Source of the DNA: Vibrio alginolyticus NBRC 15630 = ATCC 17749
GTDB lineage: Bacteria; Pseudomonadota; Gammaproteobacteria; Enterobacterales; Vibrionaceae
Direction: 5' to 3'
DNA length: 32,000 bases
Assembly (NCBI RefSeq): GCF_000354175.2
Contig: NC_022359.1
Span: 1,230,001 to 1,262,000, forward strand
Below, piece after piece: positions 27,289 through 32,000 of this stretch. Under the pieces are notes generated by a model, which saw nothing but the letters and a program-made list of their open reading frames with translations, did not search any database and had not been told where the DNA came from. A program made the translations under genes and the position numbers. Each line of letters starts with the position of its first letter. Within the stretch, counting starts at the first letter, position 1.

Positions 27289-28437
27289 TTATGAGACAGC
27301 TAACTCTAAGATTTCTCGGCTACGTTCAAGTGTGATCGCCTGGTTTTCACCTAAAACAGTCATGCCGTGTTTGTTTAGTTGAGCAATGATGGCATCGATA
27401 GCTTGTTCACGGCTCTCACCATAGTTTTCGAGCTTAGTTGCGACATCAAGTTGATGATAAAACGCTTCGATAGATTCGATTGTGCGCTCTGCTAAATCCT
27501 CACCTGCTTCAAGACCAAATACGTTGCGACCCATTTGTTCTAACTTAGGGCGCTTAAACTGCATTTGGTTACGAAGTAACGACGGTTGGACAATTGCAAG
27601 AGAACGCGCATGATCAACGCCCCATAGAGCCGTTAATTCATGGCCGATCATATGTGTTGCCCAGTCTTGTGGAACGCCACTACCAATTAACCCATTCAAT
27701 GCTTGGTTAGCAGACCACATTAAGTTTGCGCGCCACATATCGTCGTCTCGTTCCGCAAACTGTTCTCCGAGTGTTTTTAAAGTTTTCAGCAGTGTTTCTG
27801 CGTAACCATCTTGAACCATTGCACCGGTAGGAAGCGTCAAGTATTGCTCACATACGTGCACCCATGCGTCAACAATGCCGTTGATAAGCTGGCGTTCTGG
27901 CAGTGTTTTCATTACATCTGGGTCTAACACGGCAAATTTTGGCTGCACTGCTGGAGACATGAACGGAAGTTTGTCTTGAGTTTCTTTTTTAGTGATAACT
28001 GCGCCCATGTTTGACTCTGAGCCTGTTGCTGGCAATGTCAAAATTGCAGCTAGAGGCGTCGCTTCAGTGACTTGGTGCTTACCAATCATGATATCCCAAC
28101 CATCACCATCATACTTTGATGCCGCTGCTACGTATTTGGAGCCATCGATGACTGAACCACCACCTACCGCTAAAATAAAGTCAACGCCATGCTCTTTTAC
28201 CATTGCGACTGCTTTATCGAGTGTTTCTTTGGTTGGGTTTGGTTCAACACCTGAAAACTCTAGCCATTCATGTGCCTCAAGAGCTTCTGCTACTTGGTCG
28301 TACACGCCATTTTTTTTGATGGAGCCACCACCGTATACCACTAAAACTTTTTGGTCGGATGGGATAGCTTCTTTGATTGCAGCGATTTGTTTTTGACCAA
28401 AGAAAATCTTGGTTGGGTTTACATAAGAAAAGTTCAT
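27289..28437 (-). CDS. yqhD: Iron-containing (group III) alcohol dehydrogenase, YqhD-like NADPH aldehyde reductase
   Basis: 382 aa. The N-terminus (KIFFGQKQIAAIKEAIP...VLVVYGGGSIKKNGVYDQV...EFSGVEPNPTKETLDKAV...ILAVGGGSVIDGSKYVAAA) parallels E. coli YqhD as I recall it. A divergent AraC regulator matches the yqhC-yqhD arrangement. Confidence 0.85.
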   Translation of the reverse strand: MNFSYVNPTKIFFGQKQIAAIKEAIPSDQKVLVVYGGGSIKKNGVYDQVAEALEAHEWLEFSGVEPNPTKETLDKAVAMVKEHGVDFILAVGGGSVIDGSKYVAAASKYDGDGWDIMIGKHQVTEATPLAAILTLPATGSESNMGAVITKKETQDKLPFMSPAVQPKFAVLDPDVMKTLPERQLINGIVDAWVHVCEQYLTLPTGAMVQDGYAETLLKTLKTLGEQFAERDDDMWRANLMWSANQALNGLIGSGVPQDWATHMIGHELTALWGVDHARSLAIVQPSLLRNQMQFKRPKLEQMGRNVFGLEAGEDLAERTIESIEAFYHQLDVATKLENYGESREQAIDAIIAQLNKHGMTVLGENQAITLERSREILELAVS

Positions 28438-28519
28438 TATTAGCCCTCTTGCTTCCAGTGAAGGAGATTGAATACATGCATATTAGTCCTGATTGACGAT
28501 CGTTAACAGGTCGATTTCT

Positions 28520-28532
28520 GCAAATAATTTGC
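28520..28532. promoter_or_regulatory. 13-bp palindrome GCAAATAATTTGC in the yqhD-like/AraC divergent region
   Basis: Perfect inverted repeat with a single central base, about 85 nt upstream of the yqhD-like ATG and about 110 nt upstream of the AraC ATG. Confidence 0.25.
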
Positions 28533-28643
28533 CTATTTCTACAAAATTAATGCTCTTGAGCTAGAAAGTTAAAGTCGAGAGGAAGTATAGTGCTCGAAAC
28601 GATAATAGAGACCAAACTCGTTGGTCATTGATGGAGCGCTCTA

Positions 28644-29525
28644 ATGCACACTCTCGCAGATATCATGCAGCAATATGTTGAAAAGCAGGGGCTGCATGAC
28701 CTAGAAGGTATGAAGAAAACAGCGATAGATGGCGTATGGTTTTATCGCAGTAGCAAAGGGAATCATCGCCAGCCGTTTGTCTATCAGTCCGGCATCATCG
28801 TATTGGGTCAAGGGCATAAGAACATTCATATTGGTGATACACCAGTGCAATATGGGCCCGAAGATTACCTTGTTGTCGGGGTTCCCATGCCACTAGAGTG
28901 CGAAGCGTTTGCTACAAACAATGAGCCTTTACTTGGCATTTCGATAGATATTTCGCCAACGCTTCTTCATAAACTCGTTAAAAAATTAGAGGCTGAGAAA
29001 TTCAGTAATAAGTGTCTGGATGCAACCCGTTGCGGCCTTAAGTCGGTACGTATGAACGAAGGTATGTTGGATGCGTGCAAGCGGTTAATGAAAGCAATGT
29101 GTAACGAGCTTGATGTCATCATGCTTGGCGAGCTGCTTCTTGAGGAAATTGTGTATCGTACTTTGGTGAGCAAAGAGGGGTATGTTTTATTTGACCTAGC
29201 ACATCAAGAAGGTTCTTACGCGAGGGTCGCTAAGGCACTAAATCGTGTACATCAAGCGTATCATGAACAGTTGAACGTACAAGCATTGGCTGAAGAAGCC
29301 AACATGAGTGTGTCTGCTTTCCATCAAGCATTTCGCAATGTCACGCTTGAATCTCCGCTGCAATATATTAAGAAAGTTCGACTTAACAAAGCGCGCGAAT
29401 TGATCCAGTTAGAGGGGAGACGTGTTAATGATGCAGCGAGAATGGTCGGGTACACGAGCCCATCACAGTTTAGTCGCGAGTACAAGCGGCATTTTAATGA
29501 AACGCCAAGGTCAACAAAGGCTTAG
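28644..29525 (+). CDS. AraC-family transcriptional regulator (YqhC-like, N-terminal AraC_N-type domain)
   Basis: 293 aa with a C-terminal double HTH (LAEEANMSVSAFHQAFRNVTLESPLQYIKKVRLNKARELI...GYTSPSQFSREYKRHFNETP). It is divergent from the aldehyde reductase gene. Confidence 0.88.
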   Translation: MHTLADIMQQYVEKQGLHDLEGMKKTAIDGVWFYRSSKGNHRQPFVYQSGIIVLGQGHKNIHIGDTPVQYGPEDYLVVGVPMPLECEAFATNNEPLLGISIDISPTLLHKLVKKLEAEKFSNKCLDATRCGLKSVRMNEGMLDACKRLMKAMCNELDVIMLGELLLEEIVYRTLVSKEGYVLFDLAHQEGSYARVAKALNRVHQAYHEQLNVQALAEEANMSVSAFHQAFRNVTLESPLQYIKKVRLNKARELIQLEGRRVNDAARMVGYTSPSQFSREYKRHFNETPRSTKA

Positions 29526-29802
29526 TGATCTTTATTTCAAAATGGCGACTTTTTTTACCTTTTTTATTAATTTGCGAGTGACATATTTATTTGAGTTATA
29601 AAATTAGTTACTGGTGCCAAATAATAGGTACGTTGTTGCAATCATTTAGTGGATTGTTGCGAGGCGGTGTGGAAAACTCGTAAATAGATAGTGTGAAATC
29701 ACCAACTTGTACTTAAGTTATTTTACGTCGAAATAAAAGTATAGATGCGCTTCGTTTAGCGCATTTAGTATTGTTTTAACAATAACTTAAGGAAGAGCGA
29801 TT

Positions 29803-32000
29803 ATGCACCTTAAAAACGGCAACGCAGTGAAAAACGTGTTCACACTAAGCACACTCACCGCTTCTTGTCTTATGGCCTTCAATAGCTACGCAGCAGTTGA
29901 CTGTGCCCCTCTAGAAACTTGGCAATCATCAAAAGTTTATAACGGTGGCGACCAAGTTCAGCATGAAGGTAATGCTTATAAAGCGCGTTACTGGACGCAA
30001 AACAACAATCCAGCGCAATCTGGTGAGTGGGGCGAGTGGGAAACACTTGGCGCTTGTGATGGCACTGGACCGGTTGATCCACCTCAGAATGAAGTCCCGA
30101 CGGTTACTCTGACATCGCCTTCTGCGTCGGCTTCTGTGACTGCGGGTGATGTTGTTAACCTAGCTGCAGATGCGGCAGATACTGATGGGACTGTTAGCAA
30201 AGTAGAGTTCTTTGTTGATGGTGTATTAGTTGGTCAGGCAACGTCTGCGCCGTATGCTGCATCGTGGACAGCAACTGAAGGACAGCACGAGTTCTCTACC
30301 AAGGCCTATGACGATGCAGGTGCCGTTAGTACGGCAAGTGTTGTGACGTTAACTGTGGCATCAGCGCAACCTGGTAACGAAGCGCCGACAGTGGATGTCG
30401 CGCTTTCTGCGAGCTCTATTGACCTGGGTGGTTCCGTAACACTGACTGCAAATGCTACGGATGCGGATGGTACCGTTGCTAAAGTTGATTTTTATGTTGC
30501 AGGTGTGCTTGCTGGCACTGCTACAACAGCGCCATACACGCTGGATGTAACCCCTTCACAAGCTGGCTCATTAAGTGTTTATGCGAGAGCAACCGATGAT
30601 GCTGGAGCAACAGCAGATTCTGCAATTGCGACGTTAACAGTAAACGGCGGCGCAGTGACATCTAATTGTCGTCCTGATGGTCTTTATCAAACAACGGGTG
30701 TAGATGTTCCTTACTGTTCTATTTATGACGAAGAAGGCCGTGAGAAAATGGGGGCTGATCACCCACGTCGTGTAATCGGCTACTTCACCAGTTGGCGATC
30801 AGGTGACGACCCACAATCGACTTACCTTGTTAAAGACATTCCTTGGGAACAACTTACTCACATTAACTACGCGTTTGTGAGCATTGGTTCTGACGGCAAA
30901 GTAAACGTTGGCGACGTAAATGATCCTAACAACCCTGCTACAGGTAAAACTTGGCCAGGCGTTGAGGTAGATCCCGCTCTTGGTTTTAAAGGTCATTTTG
31001 GTGCACTAGCAACTTACAAGCAAAAACATGATGTTAAAACGCTAATCTCGATTGGTGGTTGGGCTGAAACGGGCGGTCACTTCGATACGAACGGCGATCG
31101 TGTAGCTGATGGTGGCTTCTACACCATGACGACGAATGCGGACGGTTCTATTAATCATGCTGGTATTGAGAAGTTCGCAACTTCAGCCGTTGAAATGATG
31201 CGTCAGTACAAGTTCGATGGCCTGGATATCGACTATGAATACCCGACGTCAATGGCTGGTGCTGGTAACCCTTACGACAAAGACTTCATGGAACCACGTC
31301 GTCAGTATTTATGGGCGTCTTACCAAGAGCTGATGAAAGTATTGCGTGAGAAACTTGATGCGGCATCCGCGCAAGATGGTATTCATTATATGCTGACTAT
31401 CGCAGCACCATCTTCAGGTTACTTGCTACGTGGGATGGAAACCTTCGATGTAACTAAGTACCTAGACTACGTAAACATCATGTCTTACGACTTGCATGGG
31501 GCTTGGAATGATCACGTTGGTCACAACGCGGCTTTATTCGATACAGGTAAAGACTCGGAGCTAGCGCAGTGGAACGTATACGGCACTGCTGCATACGGTG
31601 GTATCGGTTACTTGAACACAGACTGGGCTTACCATTACTTCCGTGGTTCTATGCCAGCAGGTCGTATCAACATTGGTGTTCCTTACTACACCCGTGGTTG
31701 GCAAGGTGTTACTGGTGGCGAAAATGGCCTTTGGGGCCGAGCGGCACTACCAAACCAAGCAGAGTGCCAACCGGGCACAGGTGAAGGTGAGAAGAACAAC
31801 TGTGGTCACGGCGCTATTGGTATCGACAACATGTGGCATGATACCGACCCTAAAGGAAACGAAATGGGCGCTGGTTCTAACCCAATGTGGCATGCTAAGA
31901 ACCTAGAAAACGGTATTTGGGGCTCTTACGCAGCTGCTTACGGTCTTGACCCTGTCAACGATCCTTCAGATAAGTTTGTTGGTACTTATACTCGTCATTA
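29803..32000 (+). CDS. Secreted GH18 chitinase/chitodextrinase-like enzyme, 3'-truncated by the window edge
   Basis: ATG 29803 is preceded by AAGGAAG, and the frame stays open to the window end, which is why it is absent from the ORF track. Domains in order: signal peptide; CBM5/12-like chitin-binding module ([31 protein letters not shown]); two Ig-like repeats of about 96 aa; GH18 domain with catalytic [11 protein letters not shown] (DGLDIDYE at 31216-31239) and SIGGW. Confidence 0.9.
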   Translation, partial: MHLKNGNAVKNVFTLSTLTASCLMAFNSYAAVDCAPLETWQSSKVYNGGDQVQHEGNAYKARYWTQNNNPAQSGEWGEWETLGACDGTGPVDPPQNEVPTVTLTSPSASASVTAGDVVNLAADAADTDGTVSKVEFFVDGVLVGQATSAPYAASWTATEGQHEFSTKAYDDAGAVSTASVVTLTVASAQPGNEAPTVDVALSASSIDLGGSVTLTANATDADGTVAKVDFYVAGVLAGTATTAPYTLDVTPSQAGSLSVYARATDDAGATADSAIATLTVNGGAVTSNCRPDGLYQTTGVDVPYCSIYDEEGREKMGADHPRRVIGYFTSWRSGDDPQSTYLVKDIPWEQLTHINYAFVSIGSDGKVNVGDVNDPNNPATGKTWPGVEVDPALGFKGHFGALATYKQKHDVKTLISIGGWAETGGHFDTNGDRVADGGFYTMTTNADGSINHAGIEKFATSAVEMMRQYKFDGLDIDYEYPTSMAGAGNPYDKDFMEPRRQYLWASYQELMKVLREKLDAASAQDGIHYMLTIAAPSSGYLLRGMETFDVTKYLDYVNIMSYDLHGAWNDHVGHNAALFDTGKDSELAQWNVYGTAAYGGIGYLNTDWAYHYFRGSMPAGRINIGVPYYTRGWQGVTGGENGLWGRAALPNQAECQPGTGEGEKNNCGHGAIGIDNMWHDTDPKGNEMGAGSNPMWHAKNLENGIWGSYAAAYGLDPVNDPSDKFVGTYTRH
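30088..30642 (+). repeat. Intragenic tandem duplication encoding two Ig-like domains
   Basis: The units start at 30088 (NEVPTVTL...VVTLTV) and 30376 (NEAPTVDV...IATLTV), a 288-nt period. By eye they share clearly under half their residues, including the pattern A-DADGTV-KV-F-V-GVL-G-A---PY. Confidence 0.6.

Noticed and set aside
27992-28396. 134-aa plus-strand ORF antisense to the yqhD-like gene.
   Set aside because: Shadow ORF fully inside a well-supported gene, with no Shine-Dalgarno sequence and no recognisable family.
1-32000. Whole-window scan for mobile elements, CRISPR arrays, toxin-antitoxin pairs, defence genes, integron attC/VCR-like repeats, and tRNA or rRNA genes.
   Set aside because: None recognised. 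Every long ORF has an ordinary metabolic, transport or regulatory assignment, and the intergenic regions are short and explained by promoters, operators and terminators.

Overview
This densely coding window has the gene content and order of a conserved Vibrionaceae core metabolic region, possibly the small chromosome. That placement is inferred from synteny I recall, not from a search.

Gene order, left to right:
- 3' end of a VOC/glyoxalase-family gene
- Glycine-cleavage/serine hydroxymethyltransferase cluster: gcvP, gcvH and glyA on the minus strand, then a divergent XRE-cupin regulator followed by gcvT
- TetR regulator divergent from an RND efflux operon with two tandem lipoprotein adaptors and one pump, with no outer-membrane gene
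- Orphan lipoprotein
- Fructose PTS operon fruB-fruK-fruA, divergent from fruR/cra, with three Cra boxes between them
- Endonuclease/exonuclease/phosphatase-family protein
- YbcJ-like S4 protein with a long lysine-rich tail
- Stand-alone EAL phosphodiesterase directly downstream of a 4-gene polar-amino-acid ABC importer
- YhhN-family membrane protein
- yqhD-like aldehyde reductase with a divergent AraC (YqhC-like) regulator
- 5' two-thirds of a secreted multidomain GH18 chitinase/chitodextrinase running off the window

I saw no tRNA, rRNA, CRISPR array, transposase, integrase, phage gene or defence-island-like architecture. I cannot honestly point to a clear new multi-gene system.

The items most worth follow-up are regulatory:
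- An uncharacterised XRE-cupin regulator sits inside the gcv/glyA cluster. It is bracketed by two copies of an identical 13-nt TTTCC-TATAG box.
- A terminator-like hairpin lies in a long glyA leader where I recognise no known riboswitch core.
- An intrinsic terminator lies between gcvH and gcvP.
- YhhN is juxtaposed with the YqhD/YqhC aldehyde module.
- The EAL gene may be co-transcribed with the amino-acid importer.

All functional calls rest on motif and family recognition by eye. No database search was run.
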